64,000 nt of DNA from Mytilus trossulus (lineage: Eukaryota), in NCBI RefSeq assembly GCF_036588685.1, contig NC_086373.1, positions 42,904,001 to 42,968,000 on the forward strand, written 5' to 3'. Shown here piece by piece: positions 38,818 through 51,724 of the stretch (the stretch's first letter is position 1; each line of letters begins with the position of its first letter). The notes under the pieces are model-generated. The model saw nothing but the letters and a program-made list of their open reading frames with translations. It made no database searches and was not told the origin of the DNA. A program made the position numbers and the translations under genes.

Positions 38818-39399
38818 CAGTTTCTAAATGACTCAGAGGGGATTTTTATTGAATTATTATATATTTACGAAGTATTAAAATAAATGTCATAAAAGGTCTA
38901 ACTAATTGTTACATTTGTTTCATTCCGGGTTTTAAATTTTAGACTTCAGTTGGTTTAAGATATAAAAGATCTTATATCAACAGGATGTTTGGTAATGCGT
39001 TTTTTTTTTTATTAAAACCCTTTATTTTTCTTTAGGTATATAAGGAATGAAGATATCCATCAATCTTTGAACTCTGTTAAAGATTAACCGGAACTATTGT
39101 GAGCCTTAATCCATTAATTGGAAATCTGATTCATTTAGTTGAGGCTTATGCTAGTATGACCAGGTTGTTGGTCACCTCTTTCGTGTTCATTAGTTTCGGG
39201 GGAAAACTATCGGTAGTTTAGATAAAGTCCAAGTCTTTGGAAAGTTTACATATTTATTTCACATCCATATATTTCAAATATCAAAACATAACTGATTAAC
39301 AACATAAAACAAATATAAAATACAAATTCAAAAGACTAATTGACATACGGAAAATGAACCAATCAAATATCTTTTAATTAAACAATATTAATTCGCGTT

Positions 39400-42300
39400 T
39401 TGCCAAAAGCGGGATTAAGGATTAAAAACATGCTTCGTATTGTTTTCGATTCCGGTAAAATTCCAGAAGCATGGTTAGTTGGTAACATTATTCCTTTTTA
39501 TAAAAATAAAGGTGATACAAAAAAAACAGAAAATTATAGACCTATCACAATTCTTAGCTGCATGGGAAAGCTATTTACATCAGTTCTGAATTCAAGACTA
39601 TCCACTTTTTTGGAAACTTACTTATTGTTAAATGAAAATCAATCAGGATTTAGAAGAGGCTACTCAACCACAGATAGTATTTTTGTCCTACATATTCTTT
39701 CGAACTATTGAAGATGCGAAAGAAAAAACTTTTTTGTGCTTTTATAGACTTTGCAAAAGCCTTTGACACAGTTTGGCGATCTGGTTTATGGCAAAAACTT
39801 TTGGAGAATTTTATCAGTGGAAAAATGTATGATACCATTGTAAATATGTATAGTAACATAAAATCTCGAATTTTTTATGGTAGTGTATTTTCAGAGTATT
39901 TTCCTTGTAATGTCGGTGTACGTCAAGGCGAAAGCCTCTCACCTTTATTATTTTCTCTATATATTAATGATCTTGAACATTTTTTAAAAGAACAAGATGT
40001 AGAAGGGTTAAAAACAGTATCCGATGATATAGAAATTGAGCTAGACTACTATTTAAGATTGTTTCTGATTATGTATGCAGATGACACAGCTCTTTTGGCA
40101 GAGTCAAAAGATGACCTACAGAAGCAGCTTGACTCTTTGTATAACTATTGTGAACTTTGGAAATTGAAGGTTAATGTAAATAAAAGTAAAATTGTAGTTT
40201 TTTCAAAAGGTAGACCATTATCAAATATAGAATTTAAATATAATAATACTGTTTTAGAAATTGTGAATGAGTTTACGTACCTTGGTGTTATTTTTTCTAG
40301 AACAGGAAGTTTTTCTAAGGCAAAAAAGGCACAAACAGAAAAAGCCACACACGCTATGTACGATGTTATCCGCAAAGGTCGAAAGCATAATTTATCTATA
40401 GAATGTCAAATCGATCTTTTCGATAAAATTGTCAAGCCTATTTTATTGTATGGAAGTGAAGTTTGGGGAGTGGGCAATAATTCTATTATTGAAAGGGTCC
40501 ACCTTAAATTCTGTAAAATTTTGTTAAATGTAAAGAAGTCAACGCCAGATTTCATGATTTATGGAGAACTTGGGAGATATCCTTTGGAAATTGATATCAA
40601 ATTGCGGATTTTAAATTACTGGTCGAAACTTATGTGTGAAAAGCAAGAAAAACTTCCTGTTATTTTGTATAAATACAGTGCGTGAACTGGTGTCAAAATA
40701 TTATCGCCCCTGTAAACAGTGGGCTCTTCTGACTAGAGGTAATCGGTAAAGAATAGCGGAAAATTGTGTACATTGTTTACGAGCTTGAAATGAGCTAACA
40801 CAGACGAACTGAGACGTGTCAACGTAATGTGAATATGATAATGCACCAGGTAAATTATTAATTGTTAAGTTTATCACATCATCGTATCTTCATATGATAG
40901 GTAAATAAGTGAATTTTCGATTTTAAGTGTCGTCAGGGTTCAAACCTGGAATCATGCCAACCTTTCATTATTTTTTTTAAATACTAACCTATAGTCGGAA
41001 CATCTTGATTTTCTCCCAATTTGTAAAGTTAATTATGCTGCTTGACATATATTTTTTTTGGGAAAAAAAATTGATATGCAGTCAAATGTGGCAGTTTTTA
41101 ATATTTGTTGCTATGTGAAATAAAGGGAAGTAAATTAAAGTAAAAGAAGGCGCGCTTTTTCAAATAGTAAACAATTTAATTCAGATGCATAGTATTTTGT
41201 CAAATGATAAAGAATATCGTAGAAACTTGCTAGAAATTCATCTAATTTATAAAAGATATACAACATGACATACTGAAATCTGAAAAGGGGTTAAACCGCC
41301 ATACCTTGAACAAATTCAGTTAAAAAAGGGGGGTAAAATGCTACGAAATTTAGATTTTATTTATTTTTTGTCGACAGCCAAAAGATGATTTGACACTAAT
41401 TTGACATTTCATTGTAAAGTATAATTGGCTTTTTTTGGGGTCTCTGTTTATTGTGGTCTGATGTTTTCAGGTTCTCTTTGGATTGCCAAATAATATTATA
41501 ATCATCTAATTGAATGTTCAAATTATTTTGCGATGGTGTGTATGGAAGGAAGACTGTCATAAAACCCAACAGTTCCGGATGGCCCTTTAAATAATTGCTT
41601 AACATCAATAGCGATGTAAGATTCAAGTGTTTGATTTAGCACAAGTTTAGCCGGGTTTTCCTTGTAATTGTGGCAGAAAAACCACTAGACAGTGTCATGC
41701 ATTGAAAGGATATCAAACGGATATTTTATGGAATGATTCTCATACATATAAAATCATTCTTTCATGCAGCAATTTTTAATTTCCAATATAAACTCTGAAA
41801 AGACAAGAGCATAGAAATGTATACCAATGAGAAACATTCTTTGTGAATAAAATCATTCCAAAACTTAAATGTGTCATTAGTGTTGCATTATTTATCAGTA
41901 GAGATAATCAGATTCCAGTAAGATTGTCCAACTGATGGTTTTTGTTTTTAATCATTTTTGTAAATCTTAGTTCTTTTGACAATCCGGGCTGTGCATGTTG
42001 CCCGGCTGCCCCTTTCAGTGTGAGACAATATTTTGTTTATAATAAACAAAATCACTGATTCAAGACTGGAGCGGACCCCTTTTAGGCAGTTAGTGCGAAT
42101 CCTTTAGGTTTAAACCATTACATGCAATACGGGGGAGGGGGAAGATTTTTTTTTTACAGAGTCAAACATTTTTCCTAATAATAATACATTGAGATTTAAT
42201 ATATACTTTGTTATATGTAGTGTGTATATTAAAGTATTGCCAACAAAATTCATCAAATTTGGGATCATAATATTGTTTAAGAAAAACCCTTAATCCCTGT

Positions 42301-43890
42301 ACATCATAAAAGTTCATAATCTTCTGTAACACACGTGCATGGTTAATTCGGATCACATATTTTCTATTCCGATGTTACAAGAATTCGAAGGTTCATATCA
42401 TTTACAATATCATTCAAAAAAATTCTGGGATTTTTTTTACTATCAACGTTAAACCTCGAAGTTACATTGTAGTAAAATAAAATCCAATAAAAACGTTGAA
42501 TGTAAATGATATGCACCTTTAAATCTTATATTGTAGGACTCATGTTGTTCAAACATAATGTGTTGATCAATTATGTTATGATGATTTTGATAAACTTCAC
42601 ATTAGGTAATCTTTCACGTATATTGATTACATTATATCGAGTTGTCCCAACGATATACTTGTCGGTGTGCTCGATCATACGAATTTACCGACATTCATAT
42701 AGACAAAATGACACAACTTTGAAAAATTCTTGTGACGAAACTACATTTCGGAACACGTTAAAAATTGGATACCCAGAAAGCTACATTATTAAGGTTTGAT
42801 ATATATTTTTTTCAAAAAAAAAGAAAAATATGCAGTCAAATGTGGCAGTTTTTTACACCCCCCTATGTTGAACAATAGGTTGTTCAATTAACAGCATGTT
42901 TGGCAATTAAAAAATCATATATTAACACATTTAGCTTTAACATATACTTTATTTATAGTGGTTGTATAAAAGTTATATAATGGTTTTGTGTTTTAAGAGA
43001 TATTCATCCCTATGCATATCGGGTTTTATGCGTAAATTGTCTCTCCTGTTTTTAGACCTTTTCTATCTCTTTCATAAGAAGAGTGACTTTTCTATTGTTC
43101 TAGTGTCACTGGAAATCCCACTGAATATGCATATAAAAAGTATGGGATGAGTATCCCATGGCTTAATAATATAAAATCTGTTCTTGATAGCTGTGGACTG
43201 TCATATGTTTGGAATGCACAGTACTTTGTTAGTAAAACATGGTTATATCATAAGGTTAAAGTTAGTGTTGTGGACCAATTCAAACAAAATTGGCACTCTA
43301 TCTTATTAGAATCGCCAAAAGCAATTAATTATCGTCTTTTCAAAGATAATGCTGAAAGAGAAAACTATTTTAAGATCCTAGATGATAAAAATATTATTAC
43401 TTTTTGTAGATTCAGGATACTCAGTCATAAACTTCCTATTAAAACTGGAAGGTGGAAAATGTACCTAGAGAAAATCGAAATTGTAAACTATGTAATTCAG
43501 GAGATATTGGGGATGAATTCCACTATATTTTTAAATGTTCGAATTTTAATCATGATAGAGAAAAAAAATTGAAACCATATTATCTAAATAGACCAAACAT
43601 ATTGAAATTTCATGATTTGATGAATACTAGAAACATCAGTATGTTGAATCATTTATGCAAATTTATCAGACTGATTAATAAACAGCTGGACTCTTAGGGG
43701 AAACATTGTTTAATATTTTTTTATATAATATTTTAGACATGCAAAATGTGTTTTGTATATTACATGTAACTGGAAATATTTTTCCAGTTGAAGATCATAC
43801 ATTTGTATTAATTCTGACTATACATTGTATGTTATATTATAAATGTTTATATTATCTCTGTACCATGGATTTTTGGTTTATGAGAATAAA
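39400..43890 (+). mobile_element. 5'-truncated CR1/L2/Jockey-group LINE RT remnant, split by a DNA transposon at 40676-43123
   Basis: Motifs NYRPITILS, NQSGFR, FIDFAKAFD, GVRQGESLSP and MYADD (39400-40675), continuing as SIPWL... and CKLC..GDEFHYIFKC (43124-43697). AATAAA near 43885. Several frameshifts. Confidence 0.85.
40676..43123. mobile_element. Non-autonomous DNA transposon (CAGTG...CACTG termini, 4-bp AATA TSD)
   Basis: AATA at 40672-40675 and 43124-43127 flanks imperfect TIRs. Removing the insert restores the LINE frame ...ILYKYAYKKYGMSIPW. Confidence 0.8.
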
Positions 43891-43898
43891 GATATATA

Positions 43899-45866
43899 TG
43901 TCGTGTACAAGTTGCGATTTTGTACAGGTTATAACATGCACAAAAATATTGTACATGTTATAACTTGTATGATGCAAAAATACAAGTTATAACATGTACA
44001 AAAGTACCCCATACATGTTATAACCTGTACAACATATTGCTTAAAAATGGTTTTAACTTGTACAAAATTTAAAATAAATCTTAAAGAAGTAAAATATACA
44101 TTTAAATTCACCAATGCATAAAGAACAACAATAAATAGGCTAATATATCTTTATATCAATATCTTTGGATCTATTCTTCAACATTGTTGGCCTTCAGCAT
44201 GACTTAGGTAAATATATAACTCACGTTTTGTTTTTACACTATAATATCATTGCATGAGGCGAATGTTATTTTGATGTTTTTAATATATATCCTTTTCTTT
44301 GAAAGCATTTATTTGTAGCCTTTGGATGTTGTCTGCTCCATTTGCGGGTTGTTTGTCGTTAGACACATACCCAATTTCAATTTTCAATTTTATTTGTAGA
44401 CACATCTATCCTGGATATCCTCTTATGTCTTTTAGTGTCAACTAGAATGAAAGTATTTTACTATTGCCTTCAAAGTGGACACTCACAATTAAAATTCATC
44501 AAATAAAGATAAGTCCATACATAGGCATAAGAGGATCATAAGACATGTCCTAAGATATATGGGTCGTTTTCAAAAAATGTCGAATTTTCAGTACACCCAT
44601 GCTAACTTTTTTTTTATTTCTAATGGAAATTTCAGTTGTAATGGTTTAAATGAAAGCTTGTCGATTTGTGATTCAGAACATCAGAACATTAATAATAAAC
44701 ACACCTTACATCTATTTTGATAAGATTAAACTGCATTAAGACCCATTTTGGGGGTATTTGTCTGCGTACAGTGTCAGAAAATCACAATTCAAATGATTTT
44801 TTTGCGATTTTCTGATCGGCTTGATATCTGCAAAAGGTACTTTTTAAGAACCTTAAATATTACTTTAACGAAAAATCGTAGCTTCTATATCATTGTATGA
44901 AGCATATTATCTACAAACTAAATCGAATCTACGTACAGGAGGTTCATGTCTTTTCTGTTACCGCTACTTAAATCAGCCGTTAAATTATTCTCCCTATGAA
45001 TATTGAATCAGTCAGTGTTGATCTCAAAAGTACAAAGTAATCTTTAAGAATGATATAGAATTACTGTCTGTTGATGAGGTAAATATGCGGTTTTATTGAC
45101 TTTTAAAGTGACTACAAATAAATGCTTTCAAAGTAAAGATATATATTTAAAACATCAAAATGACATTCGCCTCATGCAATGATATTATAGTTTATAAACA
45201 AAAAGTGAGTTATTAATTTACATAAGTCATGCTGAAGGCCAACAATGTTGAAGAATAGATCCAAAGATATTGATAATGAAGCCTGGTCCAATGAAAACTA
45301 TTTGAGCTCTCTCTTGCTTTTACAGAGTAAGCATATATTACATTGTTTTAGTCTTTGCGTGTTATAAACATGAGAGAGGGGAGTATTTCCCAAAATTATA
45401 AAGAATCGTTCTTAAATTTGTTGGAAGGATTTAGAAACTAGTATCTAATGTAATTGTCATTGTGGAATGCAAGCTTTTAATAAATAGTTTCACGCTTATT
45501 TCAACCATGATGGACTGCATAAAACATACAATTACATGAAAACACATTTTGCCAACATTATTCAAGAAACATATATTTCTGAAACTTTGTGATCATTGTC
45601 CTCAACAGAAAAAGACACGTTCTGGCCTATTTATTGTTGTTCTTTATGCATTGGTGAATTTAAATGTATATTTAACTTCTTTAAGATTTATTTTAAATAT
45701 TGTACAAGTTAAAACCATTTTTAAGCAATATTTTGTACAGGTTATAACATGTATGGGGTACGTTTGTACATGTTATAACTTGTATTTTTGCATCATACAA
45801 GTTATAACATGTACAATATTTTTGTACATGTTATAACCTGTACAAAATCGCAACTTGTACACGACA
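43899..45866. mobile_element. Foldback/MITE with ~240-bp TIRs (TGT...ACA) and a second internal inverted repeat
   Basis: 43899-44140 is the inverse of 45625-45866, and ~44155-44310 is the inverse of ~45125-45275. Flanked by TATA on both sides. Confidence 0.85.
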
Positions 45867-46111
45867 TATATATATATATGTTTGTCAAGAATGGCTTTCG
45901 GCAGTTATCACTTACTGTCGAATTATCTATATTCTTTTTTACAGAACCTTTTATGCTAAATACGGATATAAATCTTTGATAATTAATCTGTACGAAAGGA
46001 TTATAATTAAGTGTAAAATACAAGTAACTTTTGAATAGCGTAAAATACAATTAAACTAATAAATTATTAAAACGCAATGAGGACTCGGAATAATTGTTAA
46101 ATATAGGATTA

Positions 46112-46252
46112 AACACATTTTTTCTAGAGGTTATTGATGTGTAAACCGGGGCGGTTAACTCACAAACTAAATAAAAGTCCGAAGGACTTTTATGTCAAGT
46201 TTGTGAGTTAGAGCCCGGTTTACACATCAATAACCTCTAGAAAAAATGTGTT
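46112..46252. repeat. ~140-bp palindrome adjacent to the 3' end of the HERO-like element
   Basis: AACACATTTTTTCTAGAGGTTATTGATGTGTAAACCGGG...CCCGGTTTACACATCAATAACCTCTAGAAAAAATGTGTT, with a central AAAAGTCC-GAA-GGACTTTT. Confidence 0.85.
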
Positions 46253-46339
46253 GAATCCTTATAATTCTTCAGCCAAACATACGCGATTATTAATTTACAT
46301 TATTACTTTGATGGCTACAAGTTACTTACATACAGTACT

Positions 46340-49300
46340 GGTGGAATTACTGAAATCACCGCCAATGTCCTCAGCCGAGGCCATCCATCATCATGTGTTT
46401 CGACCCCTAGCTCGGTACACTCTCAGGATGGGGGGTCCACAGTGGTGATCAATCACTGCGCATTGGTGGTGGGTTTCCAGCTACTACTATCTCTCTTCAT
46501 CCATATCCAGCAAGATGCTTTCTCTGCTGTTTGGCCCAGTTTCTTTATTGCTGCTCTTCTATTCTGGCCAGTCACTCCAACTGCAGAAAACATTCTCCAC
46601 ACTGACTGTGCAGGGAAGCCTCTGCAGCCAACCTCAATAGGAAAGTTCCATGTCTGCCATCCTTTATCTCTGCACTCTGCCAACAGTCCATCATATTTTG
46701 CCCTCTTTCTTTCATTTGCTTCGCCACATCTCTCCTCCCAGGGAACTGTCAACTCTATGATTACTACTTTTTTACTGCTTGTAGACCAAAGTACCATGTC
46801 TGGTCTTAGGTTAGTTGGTACAATATCAGGAAATTGCATCTTCTTTCCTAGATCAACTTCTAACTGCCAATCCTTCGCCTGATTAAGCATTCCTGATATG
46901 TTCTTTTTACTTTTCTGGCCTACTTCACCCTCCTTCACAAACTGGATCTTGATAGGTTTGTCTCTAATGTGTTTAGCATCCTTTCTCTGTTTCTCTATAA
47001 CTTCAGCAAGTTCCCGGAGTACTTGGTTGTGTCGCCATGTATATCTCCCCTGTGTAAGAGCGATATTGCACCCTGAAAGAACATGTTGTAGAGTTCCTCT
47101 TTTTCCGCACAAGGGACAGTCTGGTGTTTCTGATAGTTTCCACCTGTACAGATTTGAAGGTGTCGGTAACACATCATACACTGATCTAAGAAGGAACTGC
47201 AGTTGGTATTGCGGATAACGCCATATATCTGACCATGTAAGGGATAGTTGTTCCAAATCCCATCTCGACCAAGCACCTTGGCTCCCTAATTCTACTGTCT
47301 TTGCTTGTCTGTTTTCTTCTTCTCTAGATTTTATCTCTCTTTGGACAAGACTTCGTCTTTCTTGTGTGTTAGCGTTCTTCCAGTAGCAACTTTTTGATGT
47401 ACCAAGGCCCTGTCGTCCTACTGCCACTGTTCCAACAATATCTTTATGCCTCAATCTACTCTCTGCCTCTGTAACTGCTTTTGATGCTGACCATTTTCGT
47501 CCTGTTCTTACTTGGACGCCTGCTGTTCTTACTTTCTCATCTCTAGATTCTTTCAGTGTCATCACAAGGCGACTTTTGCTAATTTTAAATTCTTCCACTA
47601 GAGATGTAAATGGTAGCTGCAACTTTGCAGTCCTGCTGTATAGTCCTACAGTTGTAAAACTTGGAGGGACACCTAAACATTTCCTTAGATGTCTGTTGAT
47701 GGTTCTTTCAAGCTTCTCAACTGTTGTCAACGTTATTTCGTACAGCATAAGTGGCCATGATATCCTTGGCAGGAGTCCATGTTGGTATATCCATGCCTTT
47801 AATTTCCCTGGTAGACCTGTCTTGTCGATGTTCCTCATTCCCTCTGAAACCTGTTGTTCTATTCTCTTGATATTGTTTTTGTCACTTAGAGAGTCATCAT
47901 ACCATTTTCCTAAGCACTTGATGGGATTGTCTATTATTGAAGGAATGACTTCTCCTTGCACCTTTAGTTCGACTTGGTGTGTTCTCTTCCCTTTCCTTAT
48001 AATTAGAGCTCTAGACTTCTTTGGCTTGAAAGACATCCTTGCCCATGTTACTGTCTCTTCCAATGCCTTTAATACCCATCTAGCCTGGACATGGGTATCT
48101 GTAGTGATGGTTAAGTCGTCCATGAACCCTCTATTTGGTGGTTGCCTGATGTCAGTTGATGTTTTCGGGCCTCTAGTTTCTCTCTCACCAGATTTAATAA
48201 TCATATTCATTCCCATGACAAACAAGATAACTGAGATGGTACATCCAGTAACTATTCCTTTTTGTAGTTTCTGCCATGTTGTTGTAAATGTGCTTGTTGT
48301 AAATCGCAGCTCAATCCCACTGAGATAACTTCTTATCACTTTCTTAAAGTGGTCGGGAATATGGTAATGATCTAGTGATTGTTGTATCAGCATGTGAGGA
48401 ACAGTACCATAGGCATTAGCCAAATCTAGCCATACTACTGTCAGATCTTTCTTGTTCACTTTGGCCTCTTGAATAAGTTGTGAAATGATGCTTGTATGTT
48501 CAATACATCCTGAGAATCCTGGTATTCCGCCCTTCTGTACTGAAGTGTCTACATAGTTGTTATCTGTCACATATGATGTTATCCTTCTAGCCATAATAGA
48601 GAAGAAGATCTTTCCTTCTACATTTAGGAGGGAAATTGTCCGAAATTGTGTGATGTCCTCCGATTTTTCTTCTTTTGGAATAAAACACCCCTCTGCTTTC
48701 TGCCAACATGATGGTATCTTCCCTTTCCTCCAAACTACTTTCAGTAGCCTCCACAGGTGTTTCAAAACTTTTGGGCACTTCTTATATACCTTGTACGGTA
48801 TGCCATTTGGTCCTGGTGATGATGCTGACCTGGCTTTCTTCACTACATCTGACACTTCTTTCCATGATGGTTCCTTAGTGTTCATTGGTATTTCTGGTTC
48901 TTGTACATTTTCTATCCTATCGCAGTTACCTAGATGTTCCCACTGCCTTTCGTCGCTGTGTGTTCTGATAGATGTTTTTCCACTTCCTCTTTCGTGCTTT
49001 TTACTGAACCCGCCTTTGTTCCGTCCAGTGTTGCTTTGGTAAACTTGTAGGGGTTGGCAACAAACATTGCTCTCTTCTTCCCTCTTTCTCTCCTTGCTTT
49101 TCTGATTCTTTCTGCTCTTTGTAGATTGTTTCTTCTTTCCCTCAGTATTGATCTTAACTCATTCAATCCTTCTTTTTCCTCCTCATTTGCTCTTTTATAC
49201 TGCTTTGTGACATCATTAATTTCGGTTCTGAGTGTTTGTATTTCTTGTTGACGTCTGTTATGTTTCATGTTACCCTGAGTGCCTTCTCTGGTTTTGATGT

Positions 49301-49850
49301 TACTAACTCCAAATCTATCTTGTCCTACTGCATACACAAGTGTTGACAATGCTGATATCTTCCTTTGTACGTCTCCTGTAAGTGTGTTATCCAAGATCTT
49401 GTCTAGGTCTTCATCAAAGATCTCCCATCTCCTATCATCTGTTGGTGGCCATTGTATCTTTTCTTTCCTGCTGTCTGCTGAAGGTGTTCTCGATGTTCTC
49501 TGCTGGTTTTGATTCCCTTGCTCCTCCTCAATGTTGATCTGAGTAGCTTCATTAGGTAAGAGGTCCTCAGCACTGTGGTGTGCTTCCTGGCTGTGGTCCT
49601 CCGTCGTCTCATCAGTGTTAACTGTGCGTTCCCTTTGCTGCTTCCCAGATCCACACTTAGTTCTTGCCTGGTGTATCTTTGCAAACCTTCCCACAATGAC
49701 ACTTGGTTTCTGCCGTTGTTCCAGTCAAAGTCCGTTGGATTAGCCGAGTTGTTACCGTTTTGTCCTGCTCAATGGGTCTCTCATCCTCCCCCCCTCTCGG
49801 AAGACCCTGGGGGTATTGCTCTTTATTCTGTTCTGTAGCTATATGTACCA
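46340..49850 (-). mobile_element. HERO-like (R2 group) non-LTR retrotransposon with RT, CCHC knuckle and restriction-like endonuclease; frameshifted
   Basis: ORF 46453-48885 has RT motifs WLDLANAYG, GIVTGCTIS and GFMDDL, the knuckle CPLCG..GTLQHVLSGC, and the RLE motifs RHN and LRPDMV...IIELTVPWE...ERKRAKY. Upstream ORFs (48930-49694, 49657-49860) carry a broken N-terminal zinc finger, KCHCGKVCK / KIHQARTKC. Ends are approximate. Confidence 0.88.
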
Positions 49851-51724
49851 ACAGATGCACAATGTCATGTCGTAACTAATGAGTACGCCGCCATCTTGAC
49901 TTTCTAAAAAATTAAATGTTCGACAAATGCAACAGAATCCAAAATGAACTAGCACCTACCTCAAAAACTCAATTTTATTAGATACTGTCCGAATTTGAAG
50001 CGTACAAGTTACGAAATATTCTTCCGTCTGAAAGTTTTCAATCGTATATGACGTCGTGTATGCCATGACGTTAATTCGCCAAATCATTCGTGAAATTTTC
50101 CGGAATTTTATTTAAAGTTTATTTTTATACATTTTCGAAGCTTTAGTGCATTTATTTTATTTCTTTTGTTGGGGTTATATATGCATTAGAATAGAAACAA
50201 CTGTTATGCAATTGTTTTATAATCTCAACTTGCTGAAAATCCCAGCATCCTGCAAGAATGTGTATCGCGCATGAATAGATTACAAAAGTAGTTTCAGAAA
50301 CATGGTTTATCGAAGTGTAAACCAAGAGAAAAATTCTACTTGACCAATCCGATTCAAGTATTTATAGATATGCAAATGATATAAGAATTATAAGCAAATA
50401 TCATAAAAATATACAAAATCCTAAATGTGAACTTTGAACGAACAATTGTCGGGTCCTTATCTGATACTCCCGTATCAGCATGTGTAAATTATGAACGAAT
50501 AATATTTCAAAATGATAAGATATGTATACAGGAAAAATTAGAAAGAGCAAAATTGTATTTACATTATTTACAAGCGCGTTATTACGAACAATTGTCGGGT
50601 CATAAGTAGTTAGCAATGAGCTAGACGCGAAGATGTGCAAATAAAATATGTTCATTATCACTGAACTAGTATATATTTGTTTAGGGGCCAGCTAAGGACG
50701 CCTCCGGGTGCGGGAATTTCTCGCTACATTGAAGACTGTTGGTGACCTTCTGCTGTTGTTTTTTTATTTGGTCGGGTTGTTGTCTCTTTGACACATTCCC
50801 CATTTCCATTCTTAATTTTATTAAACTAATAGTGTCCTGTGAAAAAGTGTCCATGTGGACAGTTTTTCATTGAAATTTGGTATTTAATAATGTCCATTGC
50901 CATGGAATGGTGTCCCTCAAAAGGACAGATTTGTACTGCCAACACTATGAAGTAGTGTCCACTCACAGGACACATTTTTATAGTAGTTTAAATTGTGTCC
51001 TCCAAGGGAAGTAATAGAAAGGTCATTTCAAAGTTTTATTATACTTGAATTTTAATTAAAATATGAAGTCTTGATTGACATTATTAAATCCTACAATATA
51101 CTCCTTAATAAAGAAAACAGATACTGTAAAATAACTTGGACACTCAACATATACCCCAACGACAATGTATAGCAAAGCTGAAGTCGTGGATAATTATGAT
51201 AGTTCAATTCTGTTTTCCTTTTGCATTTCAACCAAAAATGAAATACTGGATCTCTATTCGCCATATTGAACAAATAAAGTGGCTTTACAACGCAATATTG
51301 ATAGGTCTACTTAGTGCTCCACGAAACTCCTTCATAATTTGAACATCAATGTTATCAGCAATAAAATAGACAAAGAGGGTCGGTTGAGAAGAAAAAGTAA
51401 AGTTTTAGTCATTCCTTAAAAAAAACCTTAACGGGTGCAATCACGATTGGTTTGAAGTAACAGAATACCAGTTTCATGGATGACGACAAATATGTTTAAA
51501 TTATCAAAAACACAATCCTGTTGTCTTTTTCCTCAATTGCGATCGACCGATTTAAACTTATTGACCAACAAATGTGTACTTTTACAAGCAACACGACGGA
51601 CGCAACAAATGGAGCAAGATCTCCTTTCCATTCAAGACCACCTGAGATCATGCTTGGTTTTTGAAAGGGTTAAATTTACCCAGTCTTAGTATTCCTGTGT
51701 TGCTTTTCTTATTCTTTATGTCGT

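Noticed and set aside
46350-46430. CTGAGAG, GAAAC and CTGAGGA in the HERO 3' UTR as a hammerhead
   Set aside because: I could not build stems II and III around the core in any topology.
46442-49042. Plus-strand ORFs of 100-250 aa over the HERO-like element
   Set aside because: Antisense shadows of the RT ORF with no recognisable domains.
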